Origin: Thermococcus sp.
Lineage (GTDB): Archaea; Methanobacteriota_B; Thermococci; Thermococcales; Thermococcaceae
Length of the DNA stretch: 33,321 bases
Assembly: GCF_027012695.1 (NCBI RefSeq)
Contig: NZ_JALUYR010000143.1
Coordinates: 1-33,321 of the forward strand
Reading direction: 5' to 3'
The notes beneath the pieces were generated by a model that saw only the letters and a list, made by a program, of their open reading frames with translations, ran no database searches and was not told the DNA's origin. Positions 1 through 8,801 of this stretch are shown here, piece by piece; the first letter of the stretch is position 1, and each line of letters starts with the position of its first letter. Made by a program: the position numbers and the translations under genes.

Positions 1-270
1 GTTGCAATAAGACTCTAGAAGAATTGAAACTGCTCATTATCCTTGAGGTCTCCACGATTATCGTTGTGTTGCAATAAGACTCTAGGAGAATTGAAAGTCT
101 CGTTGTAGCGACTGACAATCATGCGAACCCTCACGTTGCAATAAGACTCCAGGAGAATTGAAAGCTCCAGGGTAATGGCGTTCAGCGTGAAGTCATGATG
201 AAGGGTGAGTTATCTTGAGGGGGTGGAGATGGAACGTCCCCCCGCAATAAGACTCGGAGAGAATTGAAAC
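1..270 (+). CRISPR. Terminal (trailer-end) part of a CRISPR array; the array probably continues upstream of the window.
- Repeats (30 nt) at 1-30, 68-97 and 135-164.
- A degenerate terminal repeat at 241-270.
- Spacers of 37, 37 and 76 nt.
   Basis: Direct reading of the sequence:
- GTTGCAATAAGACTCTAGAAGAATTGAAAC (1-30)
- GTTGCAATAAGACTCTAGGAGAATTGAAAG (68-97)
- GTTGCAATAAGACTCCAGGAGAATTGAAAG (135-164)
- cccGCAATAAGACTCggagAGAATTGAAAc (241-270, about 24/30 matches)

The repeat family resembles the Thermococcales 30-nt repeat. Confidence 0.93.
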
Positions 271-362
271 GCAGGAGCCGTAGTAAGTCTCTGGTGAGTG
301 GGCTGTAGGTCCCCATGGAAAATCAAAGATGAAAAAGCGTGTCCTGCGGGGATTGGGAGGGT

Positions 363-1445
363 TCATCCCTTATCTTTGAACAATCTCCTCAAATTCCTCT
401 CGAAGGGCGGCCAGACAACGCCTTGATCAGTGATTATTCCTGTGAGGTACTTGTGCGGTGTCACGTCGAACGCTGGATTGTAGACGTCCACATCGGGGGC
501 AATTTTGCAGCCGCCGCAGGTGAGGACCTCCTCCGGTTTCCTCTCCTCTATGGGTATCTCCTCTCCGCTCTTAAGGGAGAGGTCTATCGTCGAGAGCGGC
601 GCTACCGTGAAGAAAGGTATCCCGTGTTCCCTCGCGAGCACCGCCAGGGTGTAAGTCCCTATCTTGTTGGCGAAGTCGCCGTTCGCTACAATCCTATCGG
701 CGCCGACTATTATGGCATCTACCTTACCCTGCTGCATCACGAAGCCTGCCATGTTGTCGGTTATCAGCTTGAGCGGAATTCCATCGTAGTGGTACTCCCA
801 GGCGCTCAACCTAGCACCCTGGAGGACGGGCCTCGTCTCGTCCACCCAGAGGAGCTTAAGCGTTCCATCCTTGTGCATTACCCTCAGAACGGCCCCAACA
901 GTCCCGAGCTGGACTGTTGCTAAGCTTCCAGCGTTGCAGTGGGTTAGAACGTTCCCCTCCGGTAAAACTTCAGCGCCGTAGTGTCCCATCCTGAGGTTTG
1001 CCTCCACATCTTCGTCCGCTATCTTCCGGGCCTCGCTCACGATGAGGCGCTTTATCTCCTCCAGCGGGCTCTCAAGGTGCTCTTCGACAAGCTTCTTAAT
1101 CCTGTTGAGCGCCCAGAAGAGGTTCACAGCGGTCGGTCTCGTGTTCTTAAGCCTGTCGTAAGCGGAGTAAAAGCCCTCCATGAACTCGTCCTTCGTTTTA
1201 GCTTTCGTTGTGTCCGCGTAGAGTGCCAGACCGAAGGCGGCTGCCGCTCCGATTGCCGGCGCACCGCGGACCTTCATCATGACTATCGCATCTGCCACCT
1301 CGTCAACGGTCGTCAGCTCTATCGTCCTGAACTCCCAGGGAAGGAGCGTCTGATCGATCATGATGACCCTTCCGGGTTTATAGCCCACGGTTCTGGGCAG
1401 TCTCGTGAGTTCCTCCGGCTTGTACCTCAACTCCACGGTCATCAC
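363..1445 (-). CDS. mtnA: S-methyl-5-thioribose-1-phosphate isomerase-like protein (MtnA / aIF-2B subunit-1 family, e2b2-related sugar-phosphate isomerase)
   Basis: - 360 aa.
- N-terminal region 'ELTTVDEVADAIVMMKVRGAPAIGAAAAFGLAL' matches the MtnA/eIF-2B-like signature.
- Size is typical for the family. Confidence 0.8.
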   Translation of the reverse strand: MMTVELRYKPEELTRLPRTVGYKPGRVIMIDQTLLPWEFRTIELTTVDEVADAIVMMKVRGAPAIGAAAAFGLALYADTTKAKTKDEFMEGFYSAYDRLKNTRPTAVNLFWALNRIKKLVEEHLESPLEEIKRLIVSEARKIADEDVEANLRMGHYGAEVLPEGNVLTHCNAGSLATVQLGTVGAVLRVMHKDGTLKLLWVDETRPVLQGARLSAWEYHYDGIPLKLITDNMAGFVMQQGKVDAIIVGADRIVANGDFANKIGTYTLAVLAREHGIPFFTVAPLSTIDLSLKSGEEIPIEERKPEEVLTCGGCKIAPDVDVYNPAFDVTPHKYLTGIITDQGVVWPPFERNLRRLFKDKG

Positions 1446-1728
1446 CTCAGGGGGTATACTGGAGGAACTTAAAACCGTTCTGCTGGCGCAAACCTTCGGG
1501 CGCTAAAAGGAAAGGCCCAGTCCCTCTGCGTCCCCACAATGTTGATCGGCGGAACGTGAAGGTCCGCGTGGGGAATGATCCAACCGGTGGATCCGCCGAT
1601 CCCGTTTGGAGTGTGGGCGGTAAGACTTCCTGCTTCCCGGGGATGCGATGATATGGAAGCGCATCTTCAAAGGCGATGCCAACGTCTCCAGGTAAGGCCT
1701 TTCCGAACCCTTGAAGCGATTTCCCGGG

Positions 1729-1754
1729 ATTGAATCCTCAAATTGAATCCTCAA
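1729..1754. repeat. Perfect tandem duplication of the 13-mer ATTGAATCCTCAA in the promoter region upstream of the THEP1-like gene
   Basis: Read directly: attgaatcctcaa attgaatcctcaa, followed by ttagtttattgc (TATA-like). Confidence 0.7.
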
Positions 1755-1842
1755 TTAGTTTATTGCTGTCGCCTGTATGCATCGATCACATCTCTGCCCA
1801 AAGGGTTAAATGTCTCCAGCTAAACTTTCTCCGGTGAGCCGG

Positions 1843-2376
1843 ATGGTGCTGAGAATATTCATAACGGGTCCGCCGGGAGTCGGGAAGACGACGCTTGTCG
1901 AGAGGGTCGCCAGGGAAGTTGATCGCTGGGGTTACCTCGTGGGTGGAATGATAACCCGGGAGGTCAGGAAGAACGGGAAAAGGATCGGTTTTAGGGTAAT
2001 TGCCCTCGATACCGGGGAGGAGGGAACGCTCGCGAGTCTCCGCGGGACCTCTTACCTACCAGGAGTTCCCTTCGGGAAGTACGTCCTTCACGTGGACGAG
2101 CTCGAACGGGTGGGAGTTTCCGCAATAAGAAGGGCTATCCTCGAGGCGGATCTGGTTGTCATAGACGAGATCGGCCCCATGGAGTACAGGAGCCGGGAGT
2201 TTGTAAGGGCCGTTGGAGAGGCCTTAAGGTCTGAAAAACCCCTCCTTGCCGTGGTTCACAGGAAGATGGTTGACAGGTTCAGACCCCTTGGGAGGACCTA
2301 TACCCTCAGTCCTGAGAACCGAAACCGGGTTTTTGCCGAGGTTTTAGACGCTATTATGGGGGAGCTGAGGGGCTAG
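1843..2376 (+). CDS. Nucleoside-triphosphatase, THEP1 family (P-loop NTPase)
   Basis: - Walker A '[11 protein letters not shown]'.
- About 177 aa, a size typical of THEP1.
- The ATG at 1843 is preceded by GGTGAG (SD).
- The ORF track gives an upstream extension from 1810. Confidence 0.75.
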
Positions 2377-2906
2377 GGACTGAGGCCGTCCTTGCAGTTC
2401 TCACAGACCCACTTCTCCTGTCCTCCGATGTAAACCCTGTAGAGGGGTCCGTACTGGCCGCACACTTCGCAGATACCGTAGACCTCGGCCTCCTCCTCGG
2501 CTTCTTCTTCGCTCTCACTGTTGTAGGCGTTCAGGGCAGCCAGAAGGTCCGCCGCCGTAACGAAGCCTATGGGCCTCCCGAGCCGGGTAACGAGGAGCCT
2601 CCGAACTCCCCTCTCCATCATCCTGTCTATCGCGTCCTGGACGTCGTAGTCGTCCTCGATGGTTATGGGATTCATTGTCATTACCTCCTCAACCCTGACG
2701 GTCTTGGGGTCCCTTCCTCTCGCGACTACTTTGTCTAGTATGTCCCTGTCAGTTATTATACCCACGATCTCGTCGTCCATCACAACCACGGCGCTTCCAG
2801 CCCTGTTTTTCGAGAGTATCCGGGCCACTCTGTGAACGGTGTCGTCCGGCCTGACTATCACTGCCTTCCTCTTAACCACCTGTCCCACCGCTATCCTGGG
2901 TCCCAT
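2373..2906 (-). CDS. CBS-domain pair protein with C-terminal CxxC...CxxC zinc-ribbon
   Basis: - Two CBS-like segments ('[16 protein letters not shown]', '[26 protein letters not shown]').
- Acidic linker.
- C-terminal 'CEVCG...CENC'. Confidence 0.75.
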
Positions 2907-2954
2907 TTTACCACCCCTGGGGAGAGGTTGGTAGGGAAACTTAAAAAATTTTCC

Positions 2955-3587
2955 TCACGGGCGGCGTTTTAGAACGTGAAAAACCAGGAGAGACGTTAAG
3001 AAGAACGCCGCAACGACCAGACCGATTATCAAGGCTGCGGAATGTGTCAGCTCGCCTCCTGGGGGTTGAAGAATAACTCCGGTACTTGTGTTGGTAGCCT
3101 TCGGCGCGAGTGCTCTTTCCGGGGCCGACATCACGGTGTAGTTGGTCCCCCGCGAAGGCTCCCCTGCCGGGGTCACGAGGATCCTCGCTATCCCGTAAAC
3201 TCCCGCCGCAACAAGTCCGGCCAGTCCGAGACTTATGATGTGAAGTCTATCAATGCCCGCCAGTGTCTTTTTCTTGACCACTGCGGCTTTCTTCCTGGGG
3301 AGCAGCAGAATCGGTCGGTTGGAGGCGCGGTACAGCTTCACCTCCTGCAGTCTCTTCCCGTACTTCTTGCCCGCGATCTCCACGAGTCCAACGTTGAGCA
3401 TCCTTTCTATGTGGTACGACACTGTGGAGATGGGTAAGTTCAGTTCCTTGGAGATTTCGCTTATCGAAAGTGCCCTGTCCTCTAGAAGGTGGAGGATGGC
3501 TATCGCCTTGTCATTGACCAGAATCTGCGCAAGCTCCTTCGCCTTCCCATCGTGGATGTCAATGGTCTCGTAGTCCAAGCGCGCCAC
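2955..3587 (-). CDS. Membrane-anchored ArsR-family winged-HTH transcriptional regulator
   Basis: - N-terminal wHTH ('LSISEISKELNLPISTVSYHIERMLNVGLVE').
- Two predicted TM segments in the C-terminal half. Confidence 0.7.
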   Translation of the reverse strand: MARLDYETIDIHDGKAKELAQILVNDKAIAILHLLEDRALSISEISKELNLPISTVSYHIERMLNVGLVEIAGKKYGKRLQEVKLYRASNRPILLLPRKKAAVVKKKTLAGIDRLHIISLGLAGLVAAGVYGIARILVTPAGEPSRGTNYTVMSAPERALAPKATNTSTGVILQPPGGELTHSAALIIGLVVAAFFLTSLLVFHVLKRRP

Positions 3588-3676
3588 CGGAAGAAACTAT
3601 GAGGGAATTATATTAAAAGTTTTCATCGTTCCAATGGGGTTTGAAGCCTTCCGAAGTAAAAGGAAAGGGGTCAGAT

Positions 3677-3952
3677 TCACGGCTTCTCGAGAATGATCTC
3701 AATGGTCGAGGTGTTGGCGGTCCTGCCGTCGGCGGTCGGAAGCTCCTCGGTGCCGATCCTGATCTCCTTGACCCTGACCTCTGGAAGGAACCTGTTCCTG
3801 ACGATCTCGGCGACATCAACGGCCCTGCTGATGGCCCTACCGCGAGCCTTGATGCTGACCTCCTTGGCACCCTCGTTGAACTGGGTGATAACGGCCAGGA
3901 CGTAGTTCATAACCGGCTTCTTTCCGATGTAGACGACGTGCTCCTCAGCCAT
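3677..3952 (-). CDS. albA: DNA/RNA-binding chromatin protein Alba
   Basis: - '[51 protein letters not shown]' is a canonical Alba sequence.
- GGAGGTG SD lies 6-7 nt upstream of the ATG at 3952. Confidence 0.92.
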
Positions 3953-4015
3953 TTCTGGCACCTCCGGAAGTTTTGTCGTTAGCCTATCACGGAAAGGTGG
4001 TTAAATATTTTTCGG

Positions 4016-4951
4016 TCACTCGGATTCCCCGTCGAACTTCGAGAGCTCCTTTCTGAGGATTCTTTCCAGAGCACTCTCACCGAGCTTCTGTATGTTCTCG
4101 TCCTTCGAGATAAGGGCCATCACGAGCAGGGGTCCCACCTCGTCCAGGAGTTCGGGAACGTTCTCCTTCAGATCCTTCAGCACGCTCAGGGCGTAGGGTA
4201 TCTCCTCGGGCATCCCCCTGATGGTGTGCCAGTAGTAGTACTCCGCGACCTGTGATGGTATGTTCACGTCCATCACAATATCAACCAGGTTGAGGCTGTA
4301 CTCCTGCACGGTGGAGGCGACTATTGACTTAACCTTCTCCATCATTTCGTCGGCCCTGTCAAAGATCTCGTCCAGCGTGTAGGACTTTGCCACCTCCTTT
4401 ATGTCCCACTGAATACGCTCCACAATTCCCTCCTGCAGTTCAGCGTCACTCTCTATTCCCCTGGCCCACAGCTTCGTTACGAAAGAGGTTATGTTCGCAA
4501 CGGAGAGGGTTACCTTCTTGAGGTGCACCGTGATAGTGGCGTTCTTGTCCTTCAACCTGACCGGAATCCGCTTACCAGTGATCAGATCGACGGGGTTTTT
4601 GTTGATGTAGACAACGCCGATAATTTCTCCCTCTTTACCCACGGCTTCCCCCCCGATGGAGGTGAGGTTATAGGGAATGTGGGACATCCGTGGTTCCAGT
4701 ATGTCCTTGATCACTATTCCATTGGTTCCATATGTGTAAAGGACAGGAGTGAGGTAGTGGGTCGTCCTGAGAACTGTTTTTGGGGTAACTATCATAAGTT
4801 CCTCGTCCTGAGGCAGTTCCTGGGGCGATAAATCCGAACCCTGGGTGACCCACTTGGCTCGAGGTCTGACAATAATCCTGTTCCTGTCCCTCGTGCCTGG
4901 CTCTATCAGAGAGACGTATCTGGGGGGACTTCCTCCGCCCAGGATGGCCAT
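4016..4951 (-). CDS. Hypothetical protein with a divergent SPFH/band-7-like C-terminal region; no N-terminal TM
   Basis: - The segment 'LDEIFDRADEMMEKVKSIVASTVQEYSLNLVDIVMDVNIPSQV' parallels the SPFH core ('LDELLS.REEIS..I.EELDEA..KWGI.V..V.I.DI.LP').
- AAGGAGGTGA SD overlaps the stop codon of the upstream gene. Confidence 0.5.
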   Translation of the reverse strand: MAILGGGSPPRYVSLIEPGTRDRNRIIVRPRAKWVTQGSDLSPQELPQDEELMIVTPKTVLRTTHYLTPVLYTYGTNGIVIKDILEPRMSHIPYNLTSIGGEAVGKEGEIIGVVYINKNPVDLITGKRIPVRLKDKNATITVHLKKVTLSVANITSFVTKLWARGIESDAELQEGIVERIQWDIKEVAKSYTLDEIFDRADEMMEKVKSIVASTVQEYSLNLVDIVMDVNIPSQVAEYYYWHTIRGMPEEIPYALSVLKDLKENVPELLDEVGPLLVMALISKDENIQKLGESALERILRKELSKFDGESE

Positions 4952-4955
4952 CGTA

Positions 4956-5561
4956 TCACCTCCTTACCGACCTGAACTCCTCAATCCAGCGTTTGGCATC
5001 GGGGAGTATATGGGAATCCCCCTCAACTGTAAAGTCCCTTTTGATGTAGAAGGTGGCGTTGCCGATCCGTATTGCCCTGGACACCGGGTCGTGGTAGAGG
5101 GGTGAGATCCCCTTCTCCGAGTATAGAAACATGACAAACTCCTTGAACTCCTGGGGAGAGAGCAGTTCCTCGTGATACCTGCTTTCTTTCGCCCTCTTCA
5201 TCACAGCCGTGATGTCGCTTATAATGTCGTTGGGGGTATCCCAGGGGAGTTTGAAGTAAACCTTTCGAACGATTCCCTCCGTCGTTTCATAGTGTATCAT
5301 AAGCCTTTTGCTTTTCCTCAATCCAAAGAGAGCCTTTTCCTCAGTAATGTTCAGGGAAAGCAACTTCTCGTAAGGCACCATGAAATAGTAAGTTTCACCG
5401 CGATGCTTACTCCCCATGAACGCGACCCGGTAGTTGGTATATACCAGCTTTCCGTGGAGTATCCCCTCGGGTACGTTGTAGGCTCCGCTTATTGGTGTCA
5501 CTCGGGAAACTTCCCCAACTATTGTCTCTTTAGGCAGGGGTATCATTACCTCTCGTATCAT
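4956..5561 (-). CDS. Hypothetical protein with an N-terminal PH/GRAM-like domain
   Basis: - 'GILHGKLVYTNYRVAF...YYFMVPYEKLLSLNI' resembles a bacterial PH/GRAM fold.
- GGGGGAGG SD and an AT-rich TATA-like element lie upstream.
- Translationally coupled with 4016-4951. Confidence 0.5.
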   Translation of the reverse strand: MIREVMIPLPKETIVGEVSRVTPISGAYNVPEGILHGKLVYTNYRVAFMGSKHRGETYYFMVPYEKLLSLNITEEKALFGLRKSKRLMIHYETTEGIVRKVYFKLPWDTPNDIISDITAVMKRAKESRYHEELLSPQEFKEFVMFLYSEKGISPLYHDPVSRAIRIGNATFYIKRDFTVEGDSHILPDAKRWIEEFRSVRR

Positions 5562-6805
5562 ATTGCCTCCCCCGTTAGTGTATATTACTCATTTATTTAT
5601 GGTTTTCGGTTTTGTAGTCCCTGCGTTAGGGTCCTCTGCATATGTTGAGGATTGTTTTTGTTTGTATTTTAAGTTTTAATAACACTAAAATTTCACAAAT
5701 GAGTAATGTTATAACATGCTTATATAAATAAAGATTTTGCTTTTGGGGTTGTATATAACACAATCACTAGTTTTTAGTTTGTTATTTGAAATAATAAAGC
5801 AGCTTCTTACAAATGCAAAAATAATATTTTATAGCATACAAATCGTAGAAATCGATATTTGTTAACTATCTTGTGTTGTAACAAAGGGATGTTCAGCCTC
5901 CACGCATTGGCTCCTGCACACAAGTATACAGGAGAATTGGATATAAGGTACATTATATCTAATTTTAACGTACTTAGTCGACCATTCTAGGGGGCCTCAT
6001 TAAAATACCCACATGGAGAGTAGCTGGAAGCATGCTCATGCATGTGGCGTGCCTGATTGAGACGATACCCATAGGAGATGGCCAAAATTAATTTTCCCAA
6101 GGCCATTCTCTCCCCTGACGGGGGTTTCAGCGTGTGACCGTCAATAGCTGCATGTTTCTTGTGCCTTATTCCGGTAAGCTAAGGCCTTCAGAACGCCCCT
6201 TCTTGCCGGTGACTGCTATACGGTGAGATTTATAGAACGCCCCGGTAAGTATGGGATAATGCTTCCTTCTACAGAGGATTTGATAAACACAGGTTCTTCA
6301 AATGTCTGGGTTTCCATAACTTCTGATATACAGCGCCGCATCCTCTCATGCCTGCCCTTGGTGACCACCTTTGGTTGTAATCCATTTTTGGCCTGTATGA
6401 TCGGGGGTCTATGAGCAGATTATCTGTTCCTCTCGGCATCCTCTTGATGGTCCGCCTCAAAGGTCACCTAGATGTCTATCTGCATACATTCTAACGAGGA
6501 TTTATCTTTAGATATAGTAAGTTTTTTGGACTTCCTACTTATTTAAAAAGTATTTTTATTTTTATGTACACTATTGAAATTATATTGAACGCTAGCATGT
6601 TAATATTTAAACTTTTATTTATAGTCATATTTTAACGTTTTACTTTATTGCCTAAATAACGTTCTCACTTAGTCAAACCTCACCCAAAAATTTGAGGGAT
6701 AAAATCCCACACAGAATTAGGGTTCCCTAAAAATTAGCTGCAAACCACAGCGGCTTTAATCATCTAAAGAACTGCTATTGATGTAGAATTCTGAAATTAA
6801 AGCAA
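5562..6805. other. 1.24-kb AT-rich island with no credible ORF (~35-40% GC against ~55% background). It contains the promoter of the PH/SPFH operon at its left edge and a central patch of intermediate GC content (~5880-6480).
   Basis: - Composition read directly from the sequence.
- Only two 63-codon ORFs in the six-frame track, neither protein-like.
- The 10-mer ATTTTAACGT occurs at 5962 and 6632. Confidence 0.6.
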
Positions 6806-7162
6806 TCATTCTCCTTCTTCAGTCATTTCCTTGGGGACTTCATTGCCCTGAGGAAGGATTATGAGCTCCCTGCCCTCAACGATCATCTGGGCCACTTTTT
6901 TCCTGGCGGAGCTGAGTGCCCTCCAAACAGTGCCCCTTGAGACGCCCATTCTCTTTCCTGCCTCCTCCTGAGTCAAACCCTCGTAATCGACGAGTCTGAG
7001 AGCCTCAAACTCCTCGTACGTCATGAAAATCGGAGGTTTTGGCGGGCTAACCGGGGGCAGTGCCGGATAGAAGTGTCTAACCCGGGGGATGAACCCTATC
7101 ATCCTCATCTTCCTTCTTCTGCCCCTTCCGCGGCCCCATCCCTGTCCCATTCCCCTTGGCAT
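6806..7162 (-). CDS. DUF134 (UPF0251) family predicted DNA-binding protein with a sigma-70 region-4-like HTH and a Gly/Arg-rich N-terminus
   Basis: - 'YEEFEALRLVDYEGLTQEEAGKRMGVSRGTVWRAL' is the DUF134 HTH core.
- N-terminus 'MPRGMGQGWGRGRGRRRKMR'. Confidence 0.8.
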   Translation of the reverse strand: MPRGMGQGWGRGRGRRRKMRMIGFIPRVRHFYPALPPVSPPKPPIFMTYEEFEALRLVDYEGLTQEEAGKRMGVSRGTVWRALSSARKKVAQMIVEGRELIILPQGNEVPKEMTEEGE

Positions 7163-7279
7163 GGCTATCGGATATCCTAAGGTGGCCCCACTTTATAGGT
7201 TTTCCCCTGTCTTTTGCCTTCACGAATCCGCCCAGTAACGGTTATAACCCCTCCACCCCAAGTTAACCCGGTGAGAAAG

Positions 7280-7738
7280 ATGGCGTTTAAAATCTCCGAG
7301 AGAAAGATAGGCTGGCACAAGGACTTTGACAGCTCACACTTCCTCACCTTGCCCTACGAGAGTAAGTGCCTCCGCCTGCATGGCCACACCTACAACGTTG
7401 ACGTCGAGATATGGGGCGAGCTGAACGAGAACGGTATGATCTTCGACTTTAATCACCTCAGCAACCTTGTGAAACTCCTCGACCACCGAATTCTGGTGAG
7501 CGAGGACTGGGTGGCAGAGAGGAGGGAAGGAAGGCTCACCATAGAGAAGAACGGCAAGAGAATAGAACTCCCCGAGAGTGAGGCGGTTGTTCTTGACAAG
7601 CCCAACGTCACGGCGGAGTACATTGCCGAGTGGTTCGCCGGCAGAATAGCGGAGAAAGCAGGGGGCAACGTGAGGAAGATAAGGGTTAAAATCTGGGAGG
7701 ACCCGAGGAGCTACGCCGAGGTAACGCTCGAGAGGTAA
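7280..7738 (+). CDS. queD: 6-pyruvoyl-tetrahydropterin synthase / QueD-like (6-carboxytetrahydropterin synthase family)
   Basis: - 'CLRLHGHTYNVDVEIWGELNENGMIFDFNHL' is a CxxxHGH motif.
- About 150 aa.
- GGTGAG SD precedes the ATG at 7280. Confidence 0.8.
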   Translation: MAFKISERKIGWHKDFDSSHFLTLPYESKCLRLHGHTYNVDVEIWGELNENGMIFDFNHLSNLVKLLDHRILVSEDWVAERREGRLTIEKNGKRIELPESEAVVLDKPNVTAEYIAEWFAGRIAEKAGGNVRKIRVKIWEDPRSYAEVTLER

Positions 7739-7742
7739 TTCC

Positions 7743-8315
7743 TCAGCAGCCCTTCTCCCTCTTTTCTGGTATCTCTCCCTCAATGCCGCATTTCTCATAG
7801 AGGGATTTCAGCATTTCCCCGGTCTTCTCTTTAAGTTTCCTGAAGTACTCCTCCTTGAACGTCTCCTCGGCTTCTATGGTCAGGAGGTAGGCGGTTTTCA
7901 TGTACGCTATTCCCATATCACAGTCGCTCTTCTCGGCTATTTTCTCTGCGATATCAACGATGTATCCGATGAAGGAGTGGAGGATCCTGAGATAGTCGTT
8001 CACGAAGCCGTTCTCGTTGAGCCATCCCTTCAGGGTCAGGAAGAGCTTGAATGCGGGAACCTCGACGCTCTCGTCGTTGAAGCGGCGGTATCTGATGAGA
8101 AGGTACTGGAAGACCGAGATCAAAAACCTGCCAACATCCTTCTTTCCGCCGCCGGCCGATACCACAAACTCTTCGAACTCCTTAAGTCCCGACTTCCCCG
8201 CGTTGGCGAACGCTTCCAGCAGCTCCCTGTATGGGGTGGAGTAGCTCGAGAAGTCAACCTCTTCAAGCTCCGGTATCTCCGGAAAAACCCGGGTAATTGC
8301 ATTGTCTGAGTCCAT
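7743..8315 (-). CDS. Hypothetical protein
   Basis: - ORF with GGTGGA SD 4 nt upstream of the ATG at 8315.
- No recognisable motifs. Confidence 0.6.
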   Translation of the reverse strand: MDSDNAITRVFPEIPELEEVDFSSYSTPYRELLEAFANAGKSGLKEFEEFVVSAGGGKKDVGRFLISVFQYLLIRYRRFNDESVEVPAFKLFLTLKGWLNENGFVNDYLRILHSFIGYIVDIAEKIAEKSDCDMGIAYMKTAYLLTIEAEETFKEEYFRKLKEKTGEMLKSLYEKCGIEGEIPEKREKGC

Positions 8316-8369
8316 TCTTCCACCCAAACCGTTAAATCTGGGGGTGTTTATTAGCTTTGAGGTGGGATT

Positions 8370-8792
8370 GTGGAGTTCAAACCTGGCAGGGTCTTTCTTC
8401 TCCGGGTTCCGGAGGGGGAGGATCTGGTGAGCTTTGTAAACGGCTTTGCGGAAGGAAGGGGTATAAACACGGCCATCGTCAAGGGGATAGGGTCGCTCAG
8501 GAATCCGGTTCTGGGGTACTACTCAGAGGAGATCAGGAACTACAAGCGAATCGAACTCATGGGAATGTTTGAACTCGTTTCGTTGCTCGGTAACGTCAGC
8601 CTGAGGGATGGCAGACCCTTTGCCCATCTGCACGCCACCCTGGGCAACGCGAACGGGGATGCCTTTGGAGGGCATCTCATCAGGGGCGAGGTCTTCGTCG
8701 CTGAGATCTATATCCAGGAACTCCTTGGAAAGCCGCTCGTCAGGAAGGACCGGGGGAAGAACCTAAGCCTCTGGGACGAGGAGCACGTTTGA
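8370..8792 (+). CDS. PPC/DUF296 domain protein (COG1661-like)
   Basis: - 'GRVFLLRVPEGEDLVSFVNGFAEGRGINTAIVKGIGSL...GMFELVSLLGNVS...PFAHLHATLG' matches the PPC domain pattern.
- GTG start preceded by GAGGTGGG. Confidence 0.7.
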   Translation: MEFKPGRVFLLRVPEGEDLVSFVNGFAEGRGINTAIVKGIGSLRNPVLGYYSEEIRNYKRIELMGMFELVSLLGNVSLRDGRPFAHLHATLGNANGDAFGGHLIRGEVFVAEIYIQELLGKPLVRKDRGKNLSLWDEEHV

Positions 8793-8801
8793 ATCTCATT
8801 T

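Noticed and set aside
339-923. 194-codon + strand ORF (also 981-1472 +)
   Set aside because: It lies antisense to the well-supported mtnA-like gene and has no protein-like motifs. High GC content generates long shadow ORFs.
1446-1809. C/D-box sRNA in the 360-nt spacer (the 'gcgatgatatgg' segment)
   Set aside because: It does not match the RUGAUGA C box, and there is no CUGA D box at a suitable distance.
5562-6805. Possible second CRISPR array, leader or replication origin in the AT-rich island
   Set aside because: - No copy of the GCAATAAGACTC repeat core or any regularly spaced repeat is present.
- No cdc6/orc1 gene nearby.
- No ORB-like repeated boxes recognised.
- Only a single 10-bp direct repeat was found.
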